Source: Pyrinomonadaceae bacterium
GTDB taxonomy: Bacteria; Acidobacteriota; Blastocatellia; Pyrinomonadales; Pyrinomonadaceae
Reading direction: 5' to 3'
DNA length: 31,769 nt
Assembly (NCBI GenBank): GCA_035463335.1
Contig: DATHTI010000210.1
Coordinates: forward strand, 1 to 31,769
The notes below the pieces were generated by a model. That model was not told the origin of the DNA. It saw only the letters and a list, made by a program, of their open reading frames with translations, and ran no database searches. Shown here piece after piece: positions 9,582 through 19,599 of the stretch; positions within the stretch are counted from its first letter, which is position 1, and every line of letters starts with the position of its first letter. Position numbers and translations under genes: made by a program.

Positions 9582-9637
9582 CCACAGATTACGCAGATTA
9601 TATGGATACGAATCTGCGTAATCTGTGGAATCTGTGG
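9582..9637. repeat. Family B palindromic element
   Basis: CCACAGATTACGCAGATT (9582-9599) and its exact reverse complement (9611-9628), plus an extra AATCTGTGG unit. Confidence 0.92.
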
Positions 9638-9638
9638 A

Positions 9639-10688
9639 CTACTTCATCGTGATAACGGCGGTTTCTTCTTCAATTGCGGCAGTCGAAAAGCCATTGTTAT
9701 CGGCTGCTGCTGCCTTGGTCGCGTTGACGTAAGTGAGCCAGTTGCCGGGCGCCTGTCGCTCGCCCTTGGTGATATCGAAGAACGCTTTCTGGATCTTCTC
9801 CGTAATCGGGCCACGGCCGCCCTGGCCGACCGTAATACGGTCGACGGAACGAATCGGCGTAATTTCCGCAGCCGTGCCGGAGAAAAAGAGCTCGTCGGCA
9901 ACGTACAGCGCCGCACGTTGAATCGTCCGTTCCTTGATGGTGATACCGAGCTCCTGGCAGATCTGGATCACGCTGTCGCGAGTGATACCCGGCAGGATCG
10001 ATGACGAGAGCGGCGGCGTCAAAACGATGTCGCCGGTAACGAGGAAGATATTCTCGCCTGAGCCTTCCGACACGTAGCCACGATCGTCGAGCGCGATGCC
10101 TTCGGCAAATCCATTCAACAGCGCTTCCATCTTGATCAACTGCGAGTTCATGTAGTTTGCGCCGCTCTTTGCCATCGCGGGCATTGAGTTGGGCGTTAGC
10201 CTGTTCCAGGTCGAAACACAAACGTCCACGCCCTGCTCGATCGCTTCGTCGCCGAGATACTTGCCCCAGTCCCACGCGCCGATGTAGCACGCGAGCGGAT
10301 TCGGAAACGGGTTCACGCCAAACGCCGGATGCTCTTCGTCAAGACTGCGGAAAAGTATGGGCCGGATGTAGCACTGATCCATCTTGCTGCGCTTGACCAG
10401 CTCGACAGACGCGTCACACAACTGTTCGAGGGTCCACGGGTGGTCCATGCGATAAATTTTTGCGGAGTTGATCAAGCGCTGCATGTGCTCGCGCAGGCGG
10501 AAAATGGCTGGTCCCTGTTTGGTGTTGTAACACCTGATGCCTTCAAAGATGCTGGAGCCGTAATGCAAGACGTGCGACATGACGTGCACCCGCGCGTCGT
10601 TCCAATTAATAAATTCGCCGTTATGCCAAACAACGTCACAGATACGTGGTGTTTTTACGTCCTTAATCTTGCCGTCTTTTGAAAACAT
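9639..10688 (-). CDS. ilvE: Branched-chain amino acid aminotransferase
   Basis: HVLHYGSSIFEGIRCY, YIRP, AKSGANY (PLP Lys), EGSGENIF, ILPGITR, FFSGTAAEITP. AAGGAG RBS upstream. Confidence 0.96.
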   Translation of the reverse strand: MFSKDGKIKDVKTPRICDVVWHNGEFINWNDARVHVMSHVLHYGSSIFEGIRCYNTKQGPAIFRLREHMQRLINSAKIYRMDHPWTLEQLCDASVELVKRSKMDQCYIRPILFRSLDEEHPAFGVNPFPNPLACYIGAWDWGKYLGDEAIEQGVDVCVSTWNRLTPNSMPAMAKSGANYMNSQLIKMEALLNGFAEGIALDDRGYVSEGSGENIFLVTGDIVLTPPLSSSILPGITRDSVIQICQELGITIKERTIQRAALYVADELFFSGTAAEITPIRSVDRITVGQGGRGPITEKIQKAFFDITKGERQAPGNWLTYVNATKAAAADNNGFSTAAIEEETAVITMK

Positions 10689-10917
10689 GTGTTTACTCCT
10701 TCAGGAAATACTGAGATCGAGGGGAAAGGCCTCATCTTCGCTGCGCCACACACTTCGAACAAAAGGAAAATCCAGTGTTTCTCGACATGCGCTGAGTGGG
10801 TTAATCAACAACGCACAATACAGCAGTTTCGCGTCGGTTGGCAAGAACGCTTGCCTGCTGTAAAAATGGTTGCGTAACATCAAACTTGCGACACCTTTAT
10901 CTAGAGATTATTAATTC

Positions 10918-12198
10918 GTGGGGCTTACCCGAAAACCGTTCAAAAACTCTCACATCGCCACTGTATTTACTATTCTGCTCTCGATTTTTATTCCCGGCTG
11001 TACGCAAAGAAACATGAACCAGGAAAACCAACAAACCTCCGTGGCACAATCTTCTGACCCGCTTTCCATACACCAGCGAGCTATCGCGATCGATATGCAC
11101 GTGGACACGGCGCAACGACTGCTCGACGAGCACGTCGATATAGAACAGCAGCTCAGCGATGGGCACTTTGACGCGGTGCGCGCGAAGGCAGGCGGGCTTG
11201 ATGCGCAGTTTTTCTCGATCTGGGTTGAGCCGCAGCTATTTGGCGGCGGTGGCGCAAAGTGCGTGAAGCGAGCTGACGATCAGATTGCAGCGGTGCGCGC
11301 GCTTGCGGAGCAACACCCGGAGACGTGGGTGCTGGCGACGACAGCGGCCGATATCCGGCGCGCGGCGATTGAAGGAAAAATCGCGGCCCTGATGGGACTC
11401 GAGGGTGGTTACGCGATCGATGACCGGCTCGAGAATGTGCAGCGTTACTACGATCTCGGTGTGCGATACATGTCGCCGGCGTGGAGTGTGAGTACGAGCT
11501 GGGCCGGATCTTCCGGCGATGATGTTGGTGCGACGCGCGGTTTGAATGAGTTTGGGAAAAATGTCGTGCGCGAGATGAACCGTCTCGGAATGATGATCGA
11601 CGTGTCGCACGTTTCGGATCAGACGTTCTGGGACATCGTGCAGACGTCTACGGCGCCCATTGTGGCTACACACTCGGCGTGCCGGGCTATTGCAGACGTT
11701 CCTCGAAATCTGACTGACGATATGATCCGCGCACTCGCGAAGACTGGTGGTGTCGTCAACGTGATCTTTTATCCGGAGCACCTCGAGCCCGGTTGGAGTC
11801 AGAAGAAGAAACAGGTTGATGCGGAGATCGCGCCGATGGTCCAGGCGGCGTCGGCGGCTGAGCCTGGCGATGCGGTGCACAAGAAGATGGCGCGCGATCG
11901 AGTGCGGACACGCGAGTACACGCGGCGACTCCCGCCGGTGAAAGTGGCGCGCATCGTGGACCATATCGATCACATTGTGAAACTCGTTGGTGTGGATCAT
12001 GTCGGTCTGGGATCTGATTTTGACGGCGTGCAGATCACGACTGCGGATCTCGCGACCGTCGCCGACTTACCAAACCTGACGAAGGAGCTTTTGCGACGCG
12101 GGTACACGGAGAGTGATGTTAGTAAGATACTTGGCGGGAATATGTTGAGAGTGATGGAAGCGGTGCGGCCACAAGAAGGCACAAAAAGCACAAAATAG
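10918..12198 (+). CDS. Membrane dipeptidase (peptidase M19), probably exported
   Basis: DMHVD, LMGLEGG, IDVSH, ATHS, GLGSDFDG, KILGGN. N-terminal hydrophobic segment ending IPGC. The last 9 residues derive from a repeat. Confidence 0.92.
   Translation: MGLTRKPFKNSHIATVFTILLSIFIPGCTQRNMNQENQQTSVAQSSDPLSIHQRAIAIDMHVDTAQRLLDEHVDIEQQLSDGHFDAVRAKAGGLDAQFFSIWVEPQLFGGGGAKCVKRADDQIAAVRALAEQHPETWVLATTAADIRRAAIEGKIAALMGLEGGYAIDDRLENVQRYYDLGVRYMSPAWSVSTSWAGSSGDDVGATRGLNEFGKNVVREMNRLGMMIDVSHVSDQTFWDIVQTSTAPIVATHSACRAIADVPRNLTDDMIRALAKTGGVVNVIFYPEHLEPGWSQKKKQVDAEIAPMVQAASAAEPGDAVHKKMARDRVRTREYTRRLPPVKVARIVDHIDHIVKLVGVDHVGLGSDFDGVQITTADLATVADLPNLTKELLRRGYTESDVSKILGGNMLRVMEAVRPQEGTKSTK
12168..12195. repeat. 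Family A repeat, single arm inside the dipeptidase 3' end
   Basis: GCCACAAGAAGGCACAAAAAGCACAAAA, encoding PQEGTKSTK. Confidence 0.85.
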
Positions 12199-12200
12199 AA

Positions 12201-13106
12201 ATGCCGAAAATCGGTTTTCATGCTCCGATCAAAGGCGGAGTTCACAATGCGCTGATCGTCGCGAAGGATACGGGTTGCGACACGGTCCAACTCTTCTCGC
12301 GCAACCCTCGCGGCTGGATGGCAAAGCCGTTGACCGTCGAAGACGTGCTCCTGTTTCGCAAGACGCGCAAGCAAACAAAGATCTCGCCGGTACTAATCCA
12401 CTGCAATTACCTCGTTAATCTCGCCGCCGTCGATGATGTGTTTCTACAGAAGTCGCGCGCATCGTTTCGCGAAGAAGTCGAGCGAGCGCTGTTGCTGGAC
12501 GCGGATTATCTCGTAGTGCATCCGGGGAGTGCGCGTGGCGCGTGTGAAGCTGATGGCATCGGATTGTGCGCGGCGAGTTTGCAGATCGCGTGCAAGGGAT
12601 TGAAATTTGGCAAACTCAAAATCCTCCTGGAAAACACTGCCGGGCAAGGCGACTGCATCGGTCATCGTTTCGAGCATCTTCAGGAGATCATTCGTGTTTG
12701 CCCCAAGCTTCCGCTCGGTGTTTGTCTCGACACGGCGCACGCCTTCACGGCCGGCTACGACATTCGCGAAGAAGACGGTCTCGAGGCGCTGCTGCAAAGA
12801 GTGCAAAAGACAGTAAAGACTAAAAACGTCCACGCGATTCATTTCAACGATTCGCGCGCTGCGTACAACTCGCGTGTCGATCGACACTGGCACATCGGCG
12901 AAGGCCACATCGGCGCCGACGCTCTCCGCCGCGTCGCTCGTCACCCGAAACTGAAACACGCGGCCTTCATCCTCGAAACCCCCTACGACGATCCCCGCGC
13001 CGATCTCAAAAACCTCGCCATGCTCCGATCGTTTGTTGAGCCACAAAAAGGCACAAAAATATTGAGGCCACAAAAAGGCACAAAAAACACAAAACGGAAA
13101 ACCTGA
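12201..13106 (+). CDS. nfo: Endonuclease IV (AP endonuclease family 2)
   Basis: QLFSRNPRGW, VVHPGS, LENTAGQG, CLDTAH, HFNDS, RVDRH, ILETP (trinuclear Zn ligands). The C-terminal ~21 aa derive from a repeat. Confidence 0.95.
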   Translation: MPKIGFHAPIKGGVHNALIVAKDTGCDTVQLFSRNPRGWMAKPLTVEDVLLFRKTRKQTKISPVLIHCNYLVNLAAVDDVFLQKSRASFREEVERALLLDADYLVVHPGSARGACEADGIGLCAASLQIACKGLKFGKLKILLENTAGQGDCIGHRFEHLQEIIRVCPKLPLGVCLDTAHAFTAGYDIREEDGLEALLQRVQKTVKTKNVHAIHFNDSRAAYNSRVDRHWHIGEGHIGADALRRVARHPKLKHAAFILETPYDDPRADLKNLAMLRSFVEPQKGTKILRPQKGTKNTKRKT

Positions 13107-13142
13107 CAAAAATCATTTTGTGCTTTTTGTGCCTTCTGTGGC
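13040..13142. repeat. Family A element: two tandem left arms plus one inverted right arm
   Basis: GCCACAAAAAGGCACAAAAA at 13040 and 13067; TTTTGTGCTTTTTGTGCCTTCTGTGGC ending at 13142. Overlaps the nfo 3' end. Confidence 0.9.
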
Positions 13143-13336
13143 AGAATCCCGCAGTAATGTTTTCGAAGAGACCTTTAACTAATCTCCTCCTAACGGTGCC
13201 GCTTCTGCGCCGCGCCTAGGCGCGTGTTCTCGCGGAGCGGCGATTCCAATACTCAAATCTAAAATTCCCAAACGAAGCTCTCGTAAGGCTTTGTGCGGTT
13301 TACTGAAACGTGTTACGTGTATGATTGGATAACGTT

Positions 13337-15883
13337 ATGGACGAAAAATACTTTCCCGAACAGATCGAAAGTAAGTGGCAGGAGCGCTGGAACCATGCCG
13401 GCGTTTTTCAGGCGAAAGACAATGATCCGCGCGAGAAGTTCTATTGCCTCGAGATGTTGCCCTACCCGTCAGGCTTTTTGCACATGGGTCACGTGCGCAA
13501 CTACTCCATCGGCGACGCGCTCTCGTGGTTCAAGCGCCTGCAAGGCTTCAACGTGATGCATCCCATCGGCTGGGATAGCTTCGGCCAGCCCGCGGAACAG
13601 GCCGCCATCAAGCGCGGCGTGAACCCGCGCGACTGGACTGAAAACAACATCACGCACATGCGCGGGCAGTTGCAGCGTCTCGGCATCAGTTACGACTGGT
13701 CGCGCGAGATCGCTGCGCACCGTCCCGACTACTATCACTGGGACCAGTGGTTCTTTTTGAAGATGCTGGATCGCGGCCTCGCTTATAAAAAGGTCTCGCA
13801 GGTCAACTGGTGCCCGAAAGAAGAGACTGTGCTGTCAAACGAACAGTCATCTGGCGGGATCTGCTGGCGGTGTAGTACGCCCGTCGAAAAGCGCGACCTG
13901 GAACAGTGGTTCCTGCGCATCACTGATTACGCCGAGCAGCTCGTCGCCGACATAAAACAGATCGAAGACGGTTGGCCCGAGAAAGTCTTGAAGCGACAGA
14001 GCGACTGGGTCGGTCGCAGCGAAGGTGCATACATCGACTTTGCCGTGAAAGACAGCAAGCAGAAGATTCGTGTGTTCACCACGCGCATTGACACTATTTA
14101 CGGCGCGACTGCGATCGTGATGTCGCCCGAGCATCCGCTGCTCGACGAGCTGCTCGAAGGCTCAGCACTGAAACAGGATGTCGATGCCTTCGCGCAGAAA
14201 GTAAGGACCCAGAGAGCTGCCGGTCGTGAAGTCGGTGAAGAAGAGAAAGAAGGCGTCAACACCGGCGTACTCGCGATCAATCCGTTCAGCGGCGAGACGC
14301 TGCCCGTGTGGGTGGCGAACTACATCCTGATGGAATACGGCACGGGCGCGATCATGAGTGTTCCGGCGCATGACGATCGTGATATGGAGTTTGCACAAAA
14401 ATACTCGTTGCCGATCAGGCAGGTCATTGCTCCGGTGACGCACGAGCAGATTGCGGCTGAGCCATCACCGACGACGGCGGGTGACGCATCGGCGGAGATC
14501 AAACAGGCGTTCACGGATTACGGCATCCTGATCAATAGCGGCGACTGGGGCGCGAAGCTGTCAGAAGTTGCTATACCGGAGATGTCTGCTTACGCGAAAC
14601 AGCACGGCTTCGGTGAACCGGCCGTGACCTATCGCATTCGCGACTGGGGCGTGTCGCGGCAGCGTTTCTGGGGCGCGCCCGTGCCCGTCGTCTATTGCGA
14701 CAAGGACGGCATGGTTCCGGTGCCTTACGCTCAGTTGCCGGTGGTGTTGCCGCAAACGGCTGATTTCACGGGAACAGGCGAGTCGCCGCTCGCGGGCGTG
14801 CCGGAGTTTGTCAACACGGAATGTCCGAAGTGTCATGGTCCGGCGCGTCGTGATACTGACACGATGGATACGTTTGTCGATTCGTCGTGGTACTTCTTCC
14901 GCTATCTCGATCCACGCAACGAAGCCGCGGCGTTTGATCCGAACATCGTGCAACAGTGGACGCCGGTGGACCAGTACATCGGCGGCGACTCACATGCAGT
15001 GATGCATTTGATCTACACGCGCTTCTGGACCAAGTTCATGCGCGACATAGGCATGGTTAATTTCGACGAGCCGGTGAAGCGATTGTTGACGCAGGGCATG
15101 GTAACGAATCGCGTCGAAGGGACTGACGAATGGAAAGCGATGTCGAAGAGCCTCGGCAACGGCGTCGATCCTGACGAGATGATCAAGGCATTCGGCGCTG
15201 ATGCGACGCGGCTGTTCGTCTTGTTCGCGGCGCCGGTTGAAAACGAGCTGCGCTGGTCTGAAAGCGGAATCGAGGGCGCGGTTCGATTTTTGAGACGCGT
15301 CTATATGCTGGTTTGGCGATGGCAGGAAAGATTGTCGCAGCCGATCCAGGCGGGCGCGATGGAGTTCAGTCCGGACGCGCGCACGTTACGAAGAAAGACG
15401 CACCAGACGATCGCGAAGATCACGAGCGACTTCGAACAGTTGCACTTGAACACGAGTGTGGCGGCATTGATGGAGCTGTTGAATCAGATCGTCGACTTCA
15501 ATGCCGATCCCGCAACGGCGTCGGGGGAAGATGCGTTTGCCATGCGCGAGGCCCTCGAGTCCCTCGTGATCATGCTGGCGCCCTTTGCGCCGCACGTGGC
15601 GGAAGAGATGTGGGAAGGACTCGGTCACGCCGGTGGATTGCTGAGCGAAACGCCGCGCTGGCCGGTTGCAGATCCGGAGCTTGCACGAAGTGAAGAGCTG
15701 GAGATCCCGATCCAGGTGAACGGTAAACTCCGCTCACGTGTGATCGCAGCGCCGGACGTTTCCGAGGAAGATCTGCGTGAATCCGCACTCGCTGACGAAC
15801 GCGTTAAGGCGTTGATCGAGGGCCATGAGATCGTGAAAGTGGTAGTCGTTCCACGTCGCCTCGTCAATGTCGTCATACGATGA
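13337..15883 (+). CDS. leuS: Leucyl-tRNA synthetase
   Basis: MLPYPSG, HMGH, GWDSFG, CP1 editing motifs FTTRIDT and GTGAIMSVPAHD, DWGVSRQRFWG, DTMDTF, MSKS, QVNGKLR. Start at 13337 or 13325. Confidence 0.98.
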   Translation: MDEKYFPEQIESKWQERWNHAGVFQAKDNDPREKFYCLEMLPYPSGFLHMGHVRNYSIGDALSWFKRLQGFNVMHPIGWDSFGQPAEQAAIKRGVNPRDWTENNITHMRGQLQRLGISYDWSREIAAHRPDYYHWDQWFFLKMLDRGLAYKKVSQVNWCPKEETVLSNEQSSGGICWRCSTPVEKRDLEQWFLRITDYAEQLVADIKQIEDGWPEKVLKRQSDWVGRSEGAYIDFAVKDSKQKIRVFTTRIDTIYGATAIVMSPEHPLLDELLEGSALKQDVDAFAQKVRTQRAAGREVGEEEKEGVNTGVLAINPFSGETLPVWVANYILMEYGTGAIMSVPAHDDRDMEFAQKYSLPIRQVIAPVTHEQIAAEPSPTTAGDASAEIKQAFTDYGILINSGDWGAKLSEVAIPEMSAYAKQHGFGEPAVTYRIRDWGVSRQRFWGAPVPVVYCDKDGMVPVPYAQLPVVLPQTADFTGTGESPLAGVPEFVNTECPKCHGPARRDTDTMDTFVDSSWYFFRYLDPRNEAAAFDPNIVQQWTPVDQYIGGDSHAVMHLIYTRFWTKFMRDIGMVNFDEPVKRLLTQGMVTNRVEGTDEWKAMSKSLGNGVDPDEMIKAFGADATRLFVLFAAPVENELRWSESGIEGAVRFLRRVYMLVWRWQERLSQPIQAGAMEFSPDARTLRRKTHQTIAKITSDFEQLHLNTSVAALMELLNQIVDFNADPATASGEDAFAMREALESLVIMLAPFAPHVAEEMWEGLGHAGGLLSETPRWPVADPELARSEELEIPIQVNGKLRSRVIAAPDVSEEDLRESALADERVKALIEGHEIVKVVVVPRRLVNVVIR

Positions 15884-15885
15884 GT

Positions 15886-15934
15886 TAACCACAGATTGCA
15901 CGGATTTCACGGAACGATCCGTGTTAATCTGTGT
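15886..15934. repeat. Family B palindromic element after the leuS stop
   Basis: TAACCACAGATTGCACGGATTTCACGGA-ACGA-TCCGTGTTAATCTGTG. Confidence 0.88.
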
Positions 15935-15943
15935 CCCCAATAG

Positions 15944-18217
15944 ATGAGAGAGTGTCCAGTCTGTAGGCGCTGCTACCCCGACGAAACAAATCACTGTCCC
16001 CAGGATGGTGATGCGACAACGCCATCGCTTCTAGGTGAACCAACACTCGACGCCCGCTACCTGCTCGAGCGACGTCTCGGGCAGGGCGGCATGGGCGTCG
16101 TTTTCCAGGCGCGACACATCTTTCTCAAAACCTCTCACGCGATAAAAGTCATTCTGCCGGATCTCGTCGGTAACGATCCGATGCTAACGACGCGGTTTCG
16201 ACAGGAAGCACTCGCGGCCGCCGCGATTCGTCACCAGAACATCATCGCCGTCACAGACTTTGGCGTGGTGCGCGGCACGATGCCTTTCCTCGTCATGGAG
16301 TTTGTGAAAGGCCGATCGCTCCAGGAGATCCTCGCGAAAGAAGGAGTGATGCCGCCGCCGCGTGCGTGGGAGTTCATCAGCGCGATCGCAGCGGGTGTCG
16401 GCGCGGCCCACCGCCAGAACATCGTGCATCGCGATCTTAAACCGCTGAACATCATGGTCCAGGACGACGTGCCGATCGCGGAAGGCGTGAAGATCCTCGA
16501 CTTCGGTCTCGCGAAGATCAAATCCGGCGAGCTGCTCGGCTCGTTCGTGCAAGCGCAAACAAGCGGATTGATGGGATCGCCTTTCTACATGGCTCCTGAA
16601 CAGTGGTCCGACGAAGAGCCTGATGCACGTGCAGACATCTACAGTCTCGGCGTGATTCTTTACCAGATGCTCGCGGGTGAAGTGCCGTTCAAAGGTTCTT
16701 CGATCTCGTCGATCATGAAGAAGCATCTGACGCTGCCGCCGCCGAGTTTTCAGTCGATGGGAGTTTCGGTGCCGCCGGCGATCGAAGCGGTCGTGCGTCA
16801 TGCACTCGAGAAAGAAGTCGCGGATCGCATTGATTCGGTTCCAAACTTTTTGCGTGAGCTTCACGCGGCGTTGAACTCCTCGCCGGTAGTTGCCGCGGCA
16901 ATGCGAAAAACAATCGCGATGGATCCAAACCGCACCATCGCTTCAGTGACGCAACCGGAAATCCCTAAGGCTCCCAATTTCGCTGATACAGCGGTACAGC
17001 CGCCGGTGTCGCCGGATACCAACTTCGGCGCTTCGTTCGAATCACTCGCAGGCACTGTAAGCGGCGCACAGCTAGACAAAGATCTCGCCGGCGGAGCACA
17101 GCAAAAACAGCGCGAGGAAGAAGACCGCTTCAGTAAAGAAAGACAGGAGCGCGATCGGCGCGAGCAGGAACAGCAGGCAAAGTTCGAACGCATGGCGCTC
17201 CAGGCGCAAGAGCTCGAAGACAGGCTCGAGCGTTTGTCTGGCAGCATGCCTCCGGCTCTCGATCCGGAAGCGACGCGGGTGCAGGGAACTGCTACGAACC
17301 GGCAACGGGCGCTTGATTCGCTTCCGGGTGGTGCAGTTGGCACAGGGAAAATGATTGTGGATCTCTCACCGAAACGAAAAGGTCCACCTCCATTGTTATA
17401 CATCGGCGCCGTCGTGTTTGTGCTGTTCCTCGCCGGCGCCGGCATCACGGCTTACATGATGTTTCGACCCGGTGCTCGCCCAGCCGATCCCACCCCGACG
17501 CCGACTCCAGTCGCACCACCAAAAGCACAAGCTGACCTGCTGCCAATCAGCGGTGGAACTTTTCTGATGGGACGTAAGAGCGGTCCACCGCAGGAAACGC
17601 CCGCGCATGCTGTGACCGTGCGGTCGTATTTAATGGATCGCACGGAAGTCAGTAACACGGAATACGCAGACTTCGTACGCGAGACTGACCACGTAGCACC
17701 ATCTCACTGGATCGCGAAAAAACCACCATTCGGACAGGAGATGTGGCCGGTCGTGAACGTATCGTTTGACGACGCGACGGCCTTTGCCGCATGGCGCTCG
17801 AAACGCGATGGCGTCATCTACCGTCTCCCGACCGAAGAAGAATGGGAATATGCGGCGCGAAACGGCGAGCAAAGCGATTTGTACCCGTGGGGACCTGATT
17901 GGAAAGACAAGGCGGCGGTCTTAAAAGATGCGACTCCGGCGGCTGTCGGCTCGCGCGCGGAAGGTAAGAACAAGTGGGGCGTTTTTGATTTGATCGGAAA
18001 TGTTTGGGAATGGACCTCCTCAAAAGCCTGGGTATATCCGGGCAATCCGGCTAAAGTTCCCGCAAGTATTCAGGATTGGGTGACGATTCGAGGCGGTTGT
18101 TACGTCAGCGATCCCGCGAAATCCGATGCTCCAGTGTCGTCTTGTTTGCGGGAGTTTGTGCCGCCGTCAACCAAGACTACGCTGTTGGGCTTCCGGCTCG
18201 TGCGCAGTGGATCTTAG
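15944..18217 (+). CDS. Hanks-type Ser/Thr kinase with N-terminal zinc ribbon, TM helix and C-terminal FGE-sulfatase (SUMF1)-like domain
   Basis: CPVC...CPQDG, LGQGGMG, HRDLKPLN, DFG, GSPFYMAPE, DIYSLG, TM segment LLYIGAVVFVLFLAGAGITAYMMF, FGE motifs RLPTEEEWEYAAR and GNVWEW, C-terminal GFRLV. Confidence 0.92.
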   Translation: MRECPVCRRCYPDETNHCPQDGDATTPSLLGEPTLDARYLLERRLGQGGMGVVFQARHIFLKTSHAIKVILPDLVGNDPMLTTRFRQEALAAAAIRHQNIIAVTDFGVVRGTMPFLVMEFVKGRSLQEILAKEGVMPPPRAWEFISAIAAGVGAAHRQNIVHRDLKPLNIMVQDDVPIAEGVKILDFGLAKIKSGELLGSFVQAQTSGLMGSPFYMAPEQWSDEEPDARADIYSLGVILYQMLAGEVPFKGSSISSIMKKHLTLPPPSFQSMGVSVPPAIEAVVRHALEKEVADRIDSVPNFLRELHAALNSSPVVAAAMRKTIAMDPNRTIASVTQPEIPKAPNFADTAVQPPVSPDTNFGASFESLAGTVSGAQLDKDLAGGAQQKQREEEDRFSKERQERDRREQEQQAKFERMALQAQELEDRLERLSGSMPPALDPEATRVQGTATNRQRALDSLPGGAVGTGKMIVDLSPKRKGPPPLLYIGAVVFVLFLAGAGITAYMMFRPGARPADPTPTPTPVAPPKAQADLLPISGGTFLMGRKSGPPQETPAHAVTVRSYLMDRTEVSNTEYADFVRETDHVAPSHWIAKKPPFGQEMWPVVNVSFDDATAFAAWRSKRDGVIYRLPTEEEWEYAARNGEQSDLYPWGPDWKDKAAVLKDATPAAVGSRAEGKNKWGVFDLIGNVWEWTSSKAWVYPGNPAKVPASIQDWVTIRGGCYVSDPAKSDAPVSSCLREFVPPSTKTTLLGFRLVRSGS

Positions 18218-18313
18218 CGCCTTTGGCCGTGCCTCGAAGCTGATCTACAATCCATCACAGTATTTCTTCAGTGATCCATAAGTTCTCGTTTTTGCCACCA
18301 GGGAGAGTAATAC

Positions 18314-19555
18314 ATGAGTACTAACGCAATACTGCGCGCCGCCTTTTTAAGCTCAGTCGCGCTTTGTCTCGGCCTGTGGACGGTTGTGAGTGTTCACGCC
18401 CAGGACGTGGGCGGCGACGTTGGCGGCGGCGCGGGAATCTTCCGGGCCAAGAATCCCGAGACGAAGAAGAGCGCCGCTAAGCCCGGCACCGGGACAAAAC
18501 CCGCAAGCCGCACGGGTGGACCCACGCGTGTCAGGCCGGCAAATGCCGAGCGCATAGAAGAGTTGTTAGACAAAGGCAACGAGGCCCGCGACGCGCGCAA
18601 GTTTGCAGACGCTGAGGCGGCATATAAAGACGTTTTGAAACTCAACCCGCGCGACGCACGCGCTGCCTACGGGCTGGGCAACATATACTCCGACCAGCAA
18701 CGCTGGGACGATGCTGAAGCCGCCTACCGCAATTCTGTAACGTGGTCGCCGAAAGACGCTGACGCTCACGTGGCTTTGAGCGTAGTGCTGGTGCAGCCAA
18801 GTGCCGGTGGCGACAACGCAAAGCGGTTGGCCGATGCCGAGATGTTTGCGAGACGCTCAGTGCAGATCGATCCAAAGAACGCGGTCGGTTGGGACCGTCT
18901 CGGAGTAGCTCTGCAGGCACGCGGTCTTTTGAATAGTGAAACTGAACATTCATATCGACGCGCCATCGAGATAGATCCGCAGTTTGCAGTCGCGTACGCG
19001 CATTTGGCGCGCATGCTCAATCGCTCAGGTAAGCCGGCTGAAGCGGCGCCGTTGTATGAAAAAGCCATTGAGCTCGCGAAGGATCCGGCTACGCTCAACC
19101 TGATCGCCGACTCGCTCCAGGGCGAGCAGCTTTGGCCGCAATCGGAGCCGGTACTAAAACGAGCCCTCGAGCTCGATCCAAATAACCTGACTTCGTTGTT
19201 GCTGATGGGACGCTACCTGATCGTTTACAGGAAATTCCAGGAGGCAGAACCTTATTTGAAGTCGGCGACTGAAGTGGCGTCAGGTGCGTTTCAGCCCTTC
19301 AATCTTTTAGGCCGTGCTTACCTCGGAATGGATCGATTCAGTGACGCTGAAGCAACCTACGAACGCGCCTCGACCCTGGCCGCTTCTGCCCAGAAGAAAC
19401 AACTTGCTGGTATGTTTGGCTTTGAAGGTGTCGGCGATGGCTATCTGAAGTCCAACCAGAAAGACAAGGCCGTTCGCGCTTATCAGCGAGCGCTCGAGCT
19501 GGACCCAAGCAATAATGGCGCTGCCCAGAAGCTCGCCAAAGCGCGAGCTAATTAA
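18314..19555 (+). CDS. Secreted tetratricopeptide-repeat protein
   Basis: GGGAGA RBS, signal peptide ending VHA, many TPR-like helices (AYGLGNIY, AYAHLA, YQRALELDP). Confidence 0.88.
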   Translation: MSTNAILRAAFLSSVALCLGLWTVVSVHAQDVGGDVGGGAGIFRAKNPETKKSAAKPGTGTKPASRTGGPTRVRPANAERIEELLDKGNEARDARKFADAEAAYKDVLKLNPRDARAAYGLGNIYSDQQRWDDAEAAYRNSVTWSPKDADAHVALSVVLVQPSAGGDNAKRLADAEMFARRSVQIDPKNAVGWDRLGVALQARGLLNSETEHSYRRAIEIDPQFAVAYAHLARMLNRSGKPAEAAPLYEKAIELAKDPATLNLIADSLQGEQLWPQSEPVLKRALELDPNNLTSLLLMGRYLIVYRKFQEAEPYLKSATEVASGAFQPFNLLGRAYLGMDRFSDAEATYERASTLAASAQKKQLAGMFGFEGVGDGYLKSNQKDKAVRAYQRALELDPSNNGAAQKLAKARAN

Positions 19556-19599
19556 GTGCCAACTTACGAAATCTGATTCCCGTTTAAGAGGTCTGCTGT

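Noticed and set aside
10689-10917. Attenuator leader peptide upstream of ilvE (ORF 10701..10883)
   Set aside because: No Ile/Leu/Val codon run, no RBS and no terminator/antiterminator pair is evident.
8172-13142. Repeats as a CRISPR array
   Set aside because: Copies are dispersed, inverted and of variable length; there is no regular repeat-spacer array and no cas gene.
13143-13336. T-box riboswitch upstream of leuS
   Set aside because: No T-box consensus (AAGGTGGNACC-like) and no terminator with a U-tract.
17545-18217. Active formylglycine-generating enzyme serving a sulfatase
   Set aside because: The catalytic Cys pair is absent, the domain is extracytoplasmic and fused to a kinase, and no sulfatase is in the window.
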